A stretch of 32,000 nt of DNA from Telmatocola sphagniphila (GCF_018398935.1 NZ_CP074694.1:4680001-4712000); one strand, 5' to 3'. Positions 1 to 8,222 are shown, numbered from the stretch's first letter. Notes: a model not told the origin generated them from the sequence alone. Numbers and translations: made by a program.

Positions 1-2
1 AG

Positions 3-632
3 TTGATCGACGATATCGCCGACCGCACTTCGATCCTCGCTTTGAACGCTTCGATCCAAGCCTCGATGGCCGGGGAATCGGGCCGCGGCTTTGCGGTGGT
101 CGCCGAGGAAGTGGAACGATTGGCCGATCGGTCGACCGATGCCACCCGCAAGATTGCCACGCTGGTGAAGACGATTCAATCGGAAACCAACGAAGCGGTC
201 GGGGCCATGGAAAAGGGTATTCAGGAGGTGGTGGAAGGTTCTCGCCTCGCTTCGCAGGCCGGTCAATCGCTGGCGGAAATTGAAGCCGTTTCCAAGAAAC
301 TGGCCGAGTTGATTTCCTCGATCTCGACCGCATCCCGTCAGCAGGCCAGAGCCTCTGAAGGGGTGGCCAAGTCGATGAACGAAATTTCCGCAATCACCCA
401 ATCGACCGCGGCGGGTACCAAGAACGCGGCTTTAGCAGTCTCCAATCTCGCCGGACTGGCAGAAGATCTTCGACAATCGGTTTCGATGTTCCGCTTACCG
501 CGAACCGGCCAGACTGAAGACGGCACCTCGAATTCTCCCCGAGCAACTCGGGCCGGCCTGGATCTCTCTTCCATGCCGAATGTGGGCGGCAATAACAAAC
601 CCAAAGAAGCGATGCCGGTAACCCGGTTCTAG
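3..632 (+). CDS. Methyl-accepting chemotaxis protein, C-terminal signalling domain only (5' part lies outside the window)
   Basis: The frame is open to the window edge, so the TTG at 3 is an ORF-caller artefact. It contains the canonical MCP hairpin-tip motif DRTSILALNASIQASMAGESGRGFAVVAEEVERLADRS. The stop is at 630-632, 13 nt before the CheA-like gene. Confidence 0.9.
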   Translation: MIDDIADRTSILALNASIQASMAGESGRGFAVVAEEVERLADRSTDATRKIATLVKTIQSETNEAVGAMEKGIQEVVEGSRLASQAGQSLAEIEAVSKKLAELISSISTASRQQARASEGVAKSMNEISAITQSTAAGTKNAALAVSNLAGLAEDLRQSVSMFRLPRTGQTEDGTSNSPRATRAGLDLSSMPNVGGNNKPKEAMPVTRF

Positions 633-645
633 AAATCGAAACTCT

Positions 646-3639
646 ATGGATTTCAGTACCGGAGATACTCCGATGAAGAAGAAACCCGATGCGGAACTGC
701 TGGCCGATTTCGTCGCCGAGGCCAAGCAGTATCTGACGCTGATTCCCGGTTATCTGGAGACTTTTCTGGCCGATAACAGCCAGGGAGAATCGATCCAGGA
801 AGTCTTCCGGCTCTCGCACAGCATCAAGGGCGCGGCCTCGATGGTCGGCCTTCCGGAACTGAGCGAACTGGGTTACAAGCTGGAGCGCGCGGCCGAGGAA
901 ATCGGGATGAATCCCGAGTGGGCCAGCACGGATAATCTCGAGTTGTTCCAGGAAACCCTGAACATCATCGGCGCTTATCTGGAGCGCTGTGCCGACGGCG
1001 ATTACGAGGATACTTCCGATCTTCAGGCTCTGACGCAAATCTGGGAAGAACCCACAGCCGCCTTCTCCGCCGAATCTCCTTCGCGTTTGCTGAAGATGGA
1101 CTATAGCGAGGAGGGCCCGGATTTCGGTTTCGATCCCGGCGAGCCCGACCTGGGAAGTTTCGAGCCCGCCGTCGCCGAAGAAAACAGCAGCAGCGAACCC
1201 ATCCCGCCGGAACTTCTGGAAATCTTCGCGTTGGAAGCGGAAGATCACCTCAAGAATATCACCACGCTGCTTCCCGAATTGCAGAACCAGCCGGAAGCCC
1301 GCGATCTGATTCAACAGATCCGCCGCAGCGCTCATACGCTAAAGGGCTCGGCGGCCATGGTCGGCTTCCACGACATCACCCATCTGTCGCACCGGATGGA
1401 AGATCTACTCGATCAGATGTACGAGGAAGGACGCAAGACGACCCCGGAGATTCTGAGCATCCTGTTCAAATCGACGGACGTGCTGGAAGACCTTTCCAAG
1501 GGCCAGAATCGTTCGAGCGAACTGAAAGCCCTCTACGGCGATTTCGAACAGATCCTTCAAGGAACCCCACTGGAATCGGCCGTCGAAGCCGAGGCCCCAG
1601 CGACGGTCGCCGTACCCGTCGAAAGACCCCCCGAGCCCAAGAATGCCCCGATTCCCGCACTGGAGCGGATTGCGGCGGCTCTGGCTGCGGGCAAATTGGT
1701 CGCTCCGGCTCCGGCAGCGGCGACTCCCGAGAAAGCCCGCCGCTCGGGCCAGTTTCTGCGCGTGCCGATCGAAAAATTGGACGATCTGGTGCGCCTGATT
1801 GGCGAGCTGGTCATCAGCCGAACCGAATTCGAACAACGCCTCAGCAATTACGTCCGCCAGATCGAAGAACTCCAGCTAAGCTCCTCGCGGCTGCGCCGTG
1901 CGGCCACCAAGCTGGAAACCGAATACGAAGCCCGCACGCTGGCCAGCAGCCGGTTGCGCAACTTCCCCGGTAAGAACGGCTCTTACCCGATGTTGTCGCT
2001 GGCTAACATGCCGAGCTACGGTTTCGACGATCTGGAAATGGATCGCTATACCGAATTTCATCTGCTCTCGCGCGAGCTCTCCGAAACCACCAACGACGTT
2101 CAGTCCATCGTCTCCGAGCTGTCAGCTCTCAACGGCGATTTCGAGGGTTACCTGACTCGCCAGACCCGTCTGAGCTCCGAAGTGCAGGACAAGTTAATGG
2201 GCGTGCGGATGGTTCCCATCGGCATGCTGGCCCCGAGGTTGCAGCGAACTATACGCAATGCCGCCGACACCTGCGGCAAGCAGGCCCTTCTGGTTATCGA
2301 GGGAGAGAATACCGAACTCGATACGACGGTGCTGGATGATATGGCCGAGCCCCTGTTGCACATTCTGCGCAACGCCGTCGACCATGGGATTGAGACTCCG
2401 GAAGTTCGCCAGCAAGCCGGGAAACCGGAAGAAGGCACCATACGGATTCGCGCCTTCCCCGAAGGTTCACAGATCGTTCTGCAGATCCTCGACGATGGTC
2501 GGGGAATCAACCCGAACGAATTGCGCGAAGTCATCGCCTCGCGCGGGATAGCCTCTGCTAAGGATCTGGCCCAGCAAAGCGATCAGGAAATCTACCAATA
2601 CCTTTTTGCTCCCGGCTTCAGCACCGCTAAAACCATCAGCGAAATTTCCGGTCGCGGCGTCGGCCTGGATATCGTCAATAACCTCGTGCATAAGCTCAAG
2701 GGAACGGTGAAAATCACCTCGGAATTCGGGGTGGGCACGACCTTCACCATTCGATTGCCGCTCACACTCGCGGCCATGAAAGCCTTGTTAGTGCGCTCGG
2801 GTGATCAGACATTTGCCCTGCCACTGGGCGCTGTGAAACAGATCCTTCGTCTTGAGCCCGAGATGCTGGAAATGGAAAACGATAAACCGATTGTGACGGT
2901 GAATGGCGAAACCTATCCACTGGTGCATCTGGGCCACGCGCTGAACCTGAAGAAGCCGGTCGACGAGAATGTCAAACGGTTGCCGGTCGCAATTATCCGA
3001 ACCGGCGAGCGGGATATCGCACTGGCCGTCGATCATCTGCAGGGGGGCCGCGAAATCGTCGTGAAGAATTTGGGGACCCACGTCCGGCAGGTGCACGGAA
3101 TCGCCGGGGCCACCATTATGGGGGATGGCTCGGTAGTTCTGATTGTCAATCCTTCCGATCTGGATCGCGAATATCGACCCCGGCAGTTTCTGGCCTCACT
3201 CCCGCAAAGTCCTGCGTACACGCCAAAGTCGCTCGACAGCGACCGCCGCTTGAACGTACTGGTTGTGGACGATTCGCCGAGTGTGCGCCGGGTGGTCAGT
3301 TCGATCTTCAAGCGCGTCAACTGGACTTCCTCTTCCGCGAAAGATGGGATCGAAGCGCTGGAATTTCTTCATCAGGCGAACGAATACCCCGATGCGATCA
3401 TGCTCGACATCGAGATGCCGCGCATGGATGGTTACGAATTCCTTTCGACCATCCGTTCGATGGAGGGTTTCGAAGAGATTCCCGTGGTCATGGTGACTTC
3501 ACGCGCGGGCGACAAGCATCGCCGCAAGGCCATGGAGTTGGGGGCCAATGCCTATCTGGTCAAACCGTATCAGGACGATCAGCTGATTCAGATCATTCGC
3601 GACATCGTGCGGGCATCGGCGGTCTCGGCCCTATATTAA
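646..3639 (+). CDS. CheA-family hybrid histidine kinase (Hpt-Hpt-dimerisation-HATPase-CheW-like-receiver)
   Basis: 997 aa with an ATG start. Two Hpt motifs are present: SHSIKGAASMVG (His codon 817-819) and AHTLKGSAAMVG (His codon 1333-1335). Kinase boxes are HILRNAVDHGIE (N), DDGRGI (G1) and GRGVGLD (G2). A CheW-like segment follows (ALLVRSGDQTFALPLGAV...GREIVVKNLG). The C-terminal REC domain reads VLVVDDSPSVRR...IMLDIEMPRMDG...LVKP. Confidence 0.9.
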   Translation: MDFSTGDTPMKKKPDAELLADFVAEAKQYLTLIPGYLETFLADNSQGESIQEVFRLSHSIKGAASMVGLPELSELGYKLERAAEEIGMNPEWASTDNLELFQETLNIIGAYLERCADGDYEDTSDLQALTQIWEEPTAAFSAESPSRLLKMDYSEEGPDFGFDPGEPDLGSFEPAVAEENSSSEPIPPELLEIFALEAEDHLKNITTLLPELQNQPEARDLIQQIRRSAHTLKGSAAMVGFHDITHLSHRMEDLLDQMYEEGRKTTPEILSILFKSTDVLEDLSKGQNRSSELKALYGDFEQILQGTPLESAVEAEAPATVAVPVERPPEPKNAPIPALERIAAALAAGKLVAPAPAAATPEKARRSGQFLRVPIEKLDDLVRLIGELVISRTEFEQRLSNYVRQIEELQLSSSRLRRAATKLETEYEARTLASSRLRNFPGKNGSYPMLSLANMPSYGFDDLEMDRYTEFHLLSRELSETTNDVQSIVSELSALNGDFEGYLTRQTRLSSEVQDKLMGVRMVPIGMLAPRLQRTIRNAADTCGKQALLVIEGENTELDTTVLDDMAEPLLHILRNAVDHGIETPEVRQQAGKPEEGTIRIRAFPEGSQIVLQILDDGRGINPNELREVIASRGIASAKDLAQQSDQEIYQYLFAPGFSTAKTISEISGRGVGLDIVNNLVHKLKGTVKITSEFGVGTTFTIRLPLTLAAMKALLVRSGDQTFALPLGAVKQILRLEPEMLEMENDKPIVTVNGETYPLVHLGHALNLKKPVDENVKRLPVAIIRTGERDIALAVDHLQGGREIVVKNLGTHVRQVHGIAGATIMGDGSVVLIVNPSDLDREYRPRQFLASLPQSPAYTPKSLDSDRRLNVLVVDDSPSVRRVVSSIFKRVNWTSSSAKDGIEALEFLHQANEYPDAIMLDIEMPRMDGYEFLSTIRSMEGFEEIPVVMVTSRAGDKHRRKAMELGANAYLVKPYQDDQLIQIIRDIVRASAVSALY

Positions 3640-3676
3640 GGGTGTGAATTTTTTCGATTCCGTCCGAGATGAACCG

Positions 3677-4093
3677 ATGCGTACGCTTGTTTTCTTTCTG
3701 CTCTTCGGCGGCTGCGTGCTGGCTCAGAAGCCGGCCGAGGAGATCAAACGCTTCGATGGAAAATGGCGGGTTCTCTTAGCTACCAAGCGCGGCGAAACCC
3801 AGGACGATGCCCATCTGAAAAAAATGACCGTCACCTTCAAAGACGGCTCGATGATCATTCAGGATGGAGCCATTGAAGAAAAAGCCAAGTTTACCATCGA
3901 CCCCACCACCAAACCCGCCAGCATTTTTATTGAATCAGAAAAAGGATCCAGCAAGGCGAGTGGCATATATCAATTCGAGCTACTCACGCTGAAGCTGGCG
4001 TGGTCCTTATCGGGGGAGGAGAAGCCGACGAAGTTCTCCGAGAAACCGGAAGCCACGGTGACATCGCTGACGCTGCAAAGGGTGAAAGAATGA
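3677..4093 (+). CDS. Small secreted protein, TIGR03067-type (Planctomycete-restricted lipocalin-like) domain
   Basis: The ORF-track start at 3644 is GTG. The in-frame ATG at 3677 gives a signal peptide, MRTLVFFLLFGGCVLAQ. The body matches the remembered TIGR03067 pattern (FDGKWRVL..., FTIDPTTKPASI, YQFELLTLKLAW, KPTKF). It resembles the product of 11588..12019. Confidence 0.75.
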   Translation: MRTLVFFLLFGGCVLAQKPAEEIKRFDGKWRVLLATKRGETQDDAHLKKMTVTFKDGSMIIQDGAIEEKAKFTIDPTTKPASIFIESEKGSSKASGIYQFELLTLKLAWSLSGEEKPTKFSEKPEATVTSLTLQRVKE

Positions 4094-4127
4094 ATTCGCT
4101 GGGGTGATGGAAACGGGATTTTAATCC

Positions 4128-4184
4128 CCCCGGGTAGACCGAAACGGTCAACCCGAGGCTTCGATCTGGATGCCCTCCGGGCAT
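4128..4184 (+). repeat. REP head plus left-arm module, copy 1 (57 nt)
   Basis: CCCCGGGTAGACCGAAACGGTCAACCCGAGGCTTCGATCTGGATGCCCTCCGGGCAT is identical to 4392-4448. It carries GTAG followed by the hairpin GACCG-AAA-CGGTC, and the hairpin GATGCCC-TCC-GGGCAT(C). Confidence 0.85.
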
Positions 4185-4208
4185 ACAAAAAATAATACAA
4201 ATCAGGAA

Positions 4209-4330
4209 TCAACCCGAGGCTTCGATCTGGATGCCCTCCGGGCATCCCACCTTTTGTTTGCGTTTTGTATTTTGAAGCCCGGAGGGCTTCCAGATTTCAG
4301 ACCCGGATTGCTCGCTTCGAGCTATCCGGG
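4209..4330 (+). repeat. 122-bp palindromic unit, copy 1
   Basis: It differs from 4412-4533 at 3 positions. The left arm (4211-4246) and right arm (4274-4310) are imperfect inverted repeats around a T-rich core. The unit ends with the hairpin GCTCG-CTT-CGAGC followed by TATCCGGG. Confidence 0.85.
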
Positions 4331-4391
4331 AGGGGTACATAATATATGAACACCGGAATATTCCACGGGTGGACCGAAACGGCGTTTTCTA

Positions 4392-4533
4392 CCCCGGGTA
4401 GACCGAAACGGTCAACCCGAGGCTTCGATCTGGATGCCCTCCGGGCATCCCACTATTTGTTTGCGTTTTGTATTTTGAAGCCCGGAGGGCTTCCAGATTT
4501 AAGACCCGGATTGCTCGCTTCGAGCTATCCGGG
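4392..4533 (+). repeat. REP head fused to the 122-bp palindromic unit, copy 2
   Basis: 4392-4448 repeats the 57-nt module and 4412-4533 repeats the 122-bp unit. A degenerate extra head, GGGTGGACCGAAACGGCG, lies at 4367-4384. Confidence 0.85.
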
Positions 4534-4545
4534 GATAAAATCCAA

Positions 4546-4568
4546 TCGCTCGCTTCGAGCTATCCGGG
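4546..4568 (+). repeat. Third copy of the tail hairpin module
   Basis: TCGCTCGCTTCGAGCTATCCGGG matches 4308-4330 and 4511-4533. Confidence 0.7.
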
Positions 4569-4577
4569 CAAGTCAAA

Positions 4578-7328
4578 TTACCTCACCCCCGCCTGCACGA
4601 TCCCATTGAACAGGAATTTGTAAGTGCCATGTGGCTGTGCCCGGAACAGAATCTGCGGGCCGAAGAAGACCACCCGGCCCTTGCCGACCGTGGCGTCGAC
4701 GATGGCCGTGCCGCCGTTGAGGTATTCCGGACCCCAGATCCATCCGCTGCGCAGGACGTTTTTCCCCTCATACCACGCGACGCGATGCAGGCCGGCCTTC
4801 TCCGCATCGGCACCCAGCTTGAACGTCGGGCTGCTGCCGAAGTTCACATCGACCTCGGACTCCAGACCCCAGGCAAGATTGCTTGCGGTATCCACCTTCG
4901 CCCGGAGAATCGAAGGGGGCACATAGAACTTCTCGGCGGGTAAAGCTTTCTCCGGGTTATCTTTCTCCACCAGGAAATTCGAGATCGGCAGGTTGAGTTC
5001 CTTGCTCAGACTGGTGGAACTTCCAATGGTCAGAATAGTTCCGCCCGCTTCCAGGAACTTCTTCAATTCGGGAATAGTTTTCTCCGAGGTAATGTTGCCT
5101 TGCTGACCTTGATATTCGGGTGGCAGATTGGAACCTTTGCCTTCGGCCATTTCGCCGTTGTCACCGCCACCGGCACCTCCCTTGGGACGCGGGCCAGAGC
5201 GACCGGTGATCGCTCCATCGACGAAAATCAGCACATCATATTTCTCGGCCAACCCGCCCTTATCCAGCTCAGGAGCAAATACCACTTTGTGCGGGAATTC
5301 AAAACCTTCGAGGATGTAGCGAGTCCAGCCGGAGGGCATCGAGCCACCGTAGCGATCCCACAGTCCGATGCGGACGGGCTTCAGGGTGATCGCTTCTTTA
5401 TCCGGCGCTGTCGGCGTACCACGAAACGAAGTGCCGATTTCGGTGGCGATCTTTTCAAGCGCTGCCAGTGTACTCGGCTTCTTGGGGATGAAGAACATCC
5501 CGGCCGGGTGCTTAATGCCCTGAACCGTAAACTCCTCCTTCAATCGGCGAACTTCTTCCCCCGCTTTAAGGAGTCGATTCACCGCCCGGAAAGAGTCGTT
5601 GGTCTTTTGACTTAAGAAAAAGCCGACCGCTCCTTCTGTATCGAGCACCTTACCCGGCGGTGGGCCGAGCACATCAGGAACTTCAGCGAACGGGCCATCG
5701 AAGCCGTCGAGAATCCGGTCGAACTTCACCCCCATCTGATACGCCAGCGTATACCCGGCGGCATCGTAAGGCCGAGTGGGGGCCGCACCGGGATAGGGAA
5801 TATCGTTGGGGTGATCCTGCGGTTCGAACATATCGAGCACATGAGCCCGAAACGCCTGAGCCGATTTGACGACCAGCGAACCGGCCGGGTATTTTTTCTT
5901 GTTCACTTCGAAATCGGCGGTTGCTTTGCGAACCTTGACACCGGCCTGAATCAATTTGTTCACGAACTTGGTGGCCGTCAGAAAATCGGGCTGATCGGAT
6001 GGAATGATGTAGCCGCGCGGATCACGCTTGGCCGGGTCGTGGAAGAATTTTTCGTAATCGGCGGCCCCACCCCCACGATTGGCCCGGGCCGCTTCGACGA
6101 TCTTCGGCGTGGTCGTCCAGCTATCCCGATTGCCGCGATCAATTGCATTCTTGCCCATCAAATAAATGTTGTACAGCAAGTGTTCCCGATAGCGTGAAGC
6201 ATAATCCAGCACCGCTTTATTGGCCGTGACCGAGTAATCGACCGACTGCCGGAAATGCCAGACTTGTGGAGCAATCGGAGAGAGGTAATCGGCTTTAGGT
6301 AACAGCTTGGCCGGTTGGTAAGCCACCCGCGACGGAGTCGGGCTGCCGATAGTTTCGGACAGCAAACCGATCATGTTGTGAAAACCGGTCGTGGTGCGCA
6401 GGCCACCGTTGAACCAGGTGGAATAGGGAGCTCCGCTGCGAACGGTGACGCCCGGCTTTCCTTCCGCCAGAAAGCGGTTCATCATAGCCGCGCCGACGGC
6501 GTCGATGCCACTGAGCACCATCGGATCCATATTGTAATTGGCCGGGTCGCGAAACGGCGGAATGAACATCACGGTACCGATGGGCCCGGTCTGGTGGTGG
6601 TTGTACATAATCTGCGGAAACCATTCGCGATAGAGCACGCGATTCATATTGATGGTCTCGGCCAGATTGTTGGCGTAAAAATCGCGGTTGTTATCGTGCC
6701 CGGCGTACTTCTCGTAGAGTCGGGGCAAGCCTTGGAGTGTTCGCTTGGTGGGATCTTTCTCGCGCATGTACCAATTGGCAACCAGATCCTGGCCATCCGG
6801 ATTGGCATGAACCAGCAGAATGATCGTGTCGTCCAGAAAGCGCAGTGTCTCGGCATCTTTCCCTGACGTCAGCTGATAAGCCATTTCGATGAGAACCTGG
6901 GCACAGAGGCTTTCACTGGCGTGCAAGCCGCCATCGAGCCAGACGACCGATTTGCCTTCTTGAGCCAGCTTGCGAGCCTCTTCCGGCGTCACTCCTTCGG
7001 CCAGAGCAAGCTTGCGGGAAATCTCGCGATACCGATCTAACTTCTTATGATTGGCGGCTGAGGTAACAATCGCCAGACACTGCGGACGGCCTTCTTCAGT
7101 CTTGCCGAATTCGACGACCTTGAAGCGGTCCGATTCTTTTTCGAGCTTCTTCCAGTAATCGAGTAGCTGCGTGTAATTGGCGAGCTGGTAGTCATCCCCG
7201 ACGTTGAAGCCCAGGGCCTGTTTCGGGGTAGTGATCGCCTGGGCCGGGCCACGATCCTGCGCGAATAATTGGGGAGAGGTGACAAAGATCCAAAAGACGA
7301 ATAAGGAATTTCGTGAGAAAAGTCTCAT
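4578..7328 (-). CDS. Secreted M14-family zinc carboxypeptidase-like protein with a long C-terminal extension
   Basis: 916 aa with an ATG start and the signal peptide MRLFSRNSLFVFWIFVTSPQLFAQ. M14 motifs are GGLHASE (HxxE zinc site), VHANPDGQ and GHDNNRDF. Confidence 0.85.
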   Translation of the reverse strand: MRLFSRNSLFVFWIFVTSPQLFAQDRGPAQAITTPKQALGFNVGDDYQLANYTQLLDYWKKLEKESDRFKVVEFGKTEEGRPQCLAIVTSAANHKKLDRYREISRKLALAEGVTPEEARKLAQEGKSVVWLDGGLHASESLCAQVLIEMAYQLTSGKDAETLRFLDDTIILLVHANPDGQDLVANWYMREKDPTKRTLQGLPRLYEKYAGHDNNRDFYANNLAETINMNRVLYREWFPQIMYNHHQTGPIGTVMFIPPFRDPANYNMDPMVLSGIDAVGAAMMNRFLAEGKPGVTVRSGAPYSTWFNGGLRTTTGFHNMIGLLSETIGSPTPSRVAYQPAKLLPKADYLSPIAPQVWHFRQSVDYSVTANKAVLDYASRYREHLLYNIYLMGKNAIDRGNRDSWTTTPKIVEAARANRGGGAADYEKFFHDPAKRDPRGYIIPSDQPDFLTATKFVNKLIQAGVKVRKATADFEVNKKKYPAGSLVVKSAQAFRAHVLDMFEPQDHPNDIPYPGAAPTRPYDAAGYTLAYQMGVKFDRILDGFDGPFAEVPDVLGPPPGKVLDTEGAVGFFLSQKTNDSFRAVNRLLKAGEEVRRLKEEFTVQGIKHPAGMFFIPKKPSTLAALEKIATEIGTSFRGTPTAPDKEAITLKPVRIGLWDRYGGSMPSGWTRYILEGFEFPHKVVFAPELDKGGLAEKYDVLIFVDGAITGRSGPRPKGGAGGGDNGEMAEGKGSNLPPEYQGQQGNITSEKTIPELKKFLEAGGTILTIGSSTSLSKELNLPISNFLVEKDNPEKALPAEKFYVPPSILRAKVDTASNLAWGLESEVDVNFGSSPTFKLGADAEKAGLHRVAWYEGKNVLRSGWIWGPEYLNGGTAIVDATVGKGRVVFFGPQILFRAQPHGTYKFLFNGIVQAGVR

Positions 7329-7362
7329 AGTTATGCGGTCCCCAGGGATCTATTTCCTATCG

Positions 7363-7391
7363 ATAATCTCAGCGTATGTTACTGGTTTGAA
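7363..7391 (-). promoter_or_regulatory. Candidate sigma70-type promoter for the M14 gene
   Basis: On the minus strand: TTCAAA (7391-7386), a 17-nt spacer, then GATTAT (7368-7363), about 35 nt upstream of the ATG at 7328. This is a motif match only. Confidence 0.3.
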
Positions 7392-7400
7392 ACGCGAGTT

Positions 7401-7430
7401 TGAAAAAATTTCGGGCGGAGCCATCCGCCC
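7401..7430 (-). terminator. Intrinsic-terminator-like hairpin, read on the minus strand
   Basis: The stem is GGGCGG/CCGCCC (7413-7418 and 7425-7430) with a 6-nt loop. On the minus strand it is followed by GAAATTTTTTCA. It lies downstream of the minus-strand CoA-binding gene, beyond the antisense of the small TPR gene. Confidence 0.4.
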
Positions 7431-7450
7431 CCCCAATATCGAGGATTACG

Positions 7451-7759
7451 ATGACGCCACGCATGGCCCAGTTGCAAGCACTGCTTGCGGAAGACCCCAA
7501 GGATTCCTTTTTGCGTTACGGTCTGGCTTTGGAATATTCCAGCAGTGGCGACGATGTCACTGCGGCGAATAAGCTCAAGGAATTATTGGCGGAAGATGAG
7601 TACGTGCCGGGCTTCCTGATGGCCGGGCAGATTTTGCACCGGCTGGATCGCGATGCGGAAGCGGTGGAATTATTGCGCAAAGGAATCGAAGCGGCCCGGC
7701 GCCAAGGCAATGCTCATGCCGCCGGGGAAATGGAAGGTTTGCTGGTGACGCTGGAGTAG
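7451..7759 (+). CDS. Small TPR-like protein
   Basis: The ORF-track start at 7400 is TTG. The ATG at 7451 is preceded by GAGGAT. The helical repeat sequence reads FLRYGLALEYSSSGDDVTAANKLKELLAEDEYVPGFLMAGQILHRLDRDAEAVELLRKGIEAARRQGN. Confidence 0.6.
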   Translation: MTPRMAQLQALLAEDPKDSFLRYGLALEYSSSGDDVTAANKLKELLAEDEYVPGFLMAGQILHRLDRDAEAVELLRKGIEAARRQGNAHAAGEMEGLLVTLE

Positions 7760-7768
7760 GCGAATCGC

Positions 7769-8146
7769 TTAGCCCATCATGTATTGGGCGGGGCTGACGC
7801 CGAGATCGATGATGCTGCAGCCCACGATCACGTTCAGGCCGAGGTTGTGCGCTTTATCCACCACTTCGGGAGTATCGACACCCGGGTTCAACCAGAGTTC
7901 GCCGACTTCGATCTCCGCCAGTTCGTCCAGGACTTCCAGAGCCTTGGCGGGAGGCAGATAAATACTGACGCGATCGAGGTAGACCGGTACATCCGTGATG
8001 CTGCGATAGGCGGTATGCCCCTCAATAATCGGCTCGCTGGGATGCACGGGATAAACGTCGAAGCTGGCATCGGTATAGGCCCGAACGCAGATGTTGCCAT
8101 ACTTCTTGCGGTCGGAGCTGGCACCGATAACGGCAATGGAGGACAT
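7769..8146 (-). CDS. CoA-binding domain protein (YccU-like)
   Basis: The sequence SIAVIGASSDRKKYGN...YPVHP...VDKAHNLGLNVIVGCSI is typical of the CoA_binding_2 family. The ORF-track start at 8152 is TTG. The ATG at 8146 has AGGAAC upstream. Confidence 0.85.
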   Translation of the reverse strand: MSSIAVIGASSDRKKYGNICVRAYTDASFDVYPVHPSEPIIEGHTAYRSITDVPVYLDRVSIYLPPAKALEVLDELAEIEVGELWLNPGVDTPEVVDKAHNLGLNVIVGCSIIDLGVSPAQYMMG

Positions 8147-8190
8147 AGACAAGTTCCTATCAGAGGCGGGCGATTCTTATTTCAGGATAC

Positions 8191-8222
8191 GTAAAAAAAC
8201 CGCCTGTGAAACACAGACGGTT
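8191..8222 (-). terminator. Rho-independent terminator of the 8252..8557 gene
   Basis: The minus-strand RNA reads AACCGUCUGUG-UUU-CACAGGCGGUU, an 11-bp stem with one G-U pair. A run of U follows immediately (the plus strand shows AAAAAAA at 8193-8199). It lies 30 nt after the stop codon. Confidence 0.75.

Larger units (their letters stand above)
4094..4577. repeat. BIME-like cluster of nested palindromic REP-type repeats that fills the convergent intergenic region
   Basis: Direct reading shows repeated modules (57 nt, 122 nt and 23 nt) built from GC-rich hairpins in alternating orientation. No credible coding potential is present. Confidence 0.85.

Noticed and set aside
394-1335. A 313-aa ORF on the minus strand, the longest unassigned ORF at the left end
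   Set aside because: It lies fully antisense to the MCP and CheA-like genes, which have unambiguous domain motifs. Its product is Arg/Gly/Leu-rich low-complexity sequence, typical of antisense frames in GC-rich coding DNA.
4094-4577. The possibility that the repeated modules form a CRISPR array
   Set aside because: There is no regular repeat-spacer periodicity. The repeats are nested palindromes of different lengths (57, 122 and 23 nt) that abut or overlap one another. No unique spacers of uniform size and no cas genes are present.
3970-4609. ORFs 3970..4245(-), 3984..4184(-) and 4346..4609(+) inside the repeat cluster. ORFs 21302..21487(-) and 22645..22914(-) share the peptide GLTVSVYPG with them.
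   Set aside because: The shared peptide is simply the antisense translation of the REP head motif GGGTAGACCGAAACGGTCAA. The ORFs consist of repeat modules, lack ribosome-binding sites and overlap better-supported genes.
5100-6866. Plus-strand ORFs 5100..5615 and 6315..6866 (171 and 183 aa)
   Set aside because: Both are antisense to the M14 peptidase gene, which has a signal peptide and catalytic motifs in the opposite frame.
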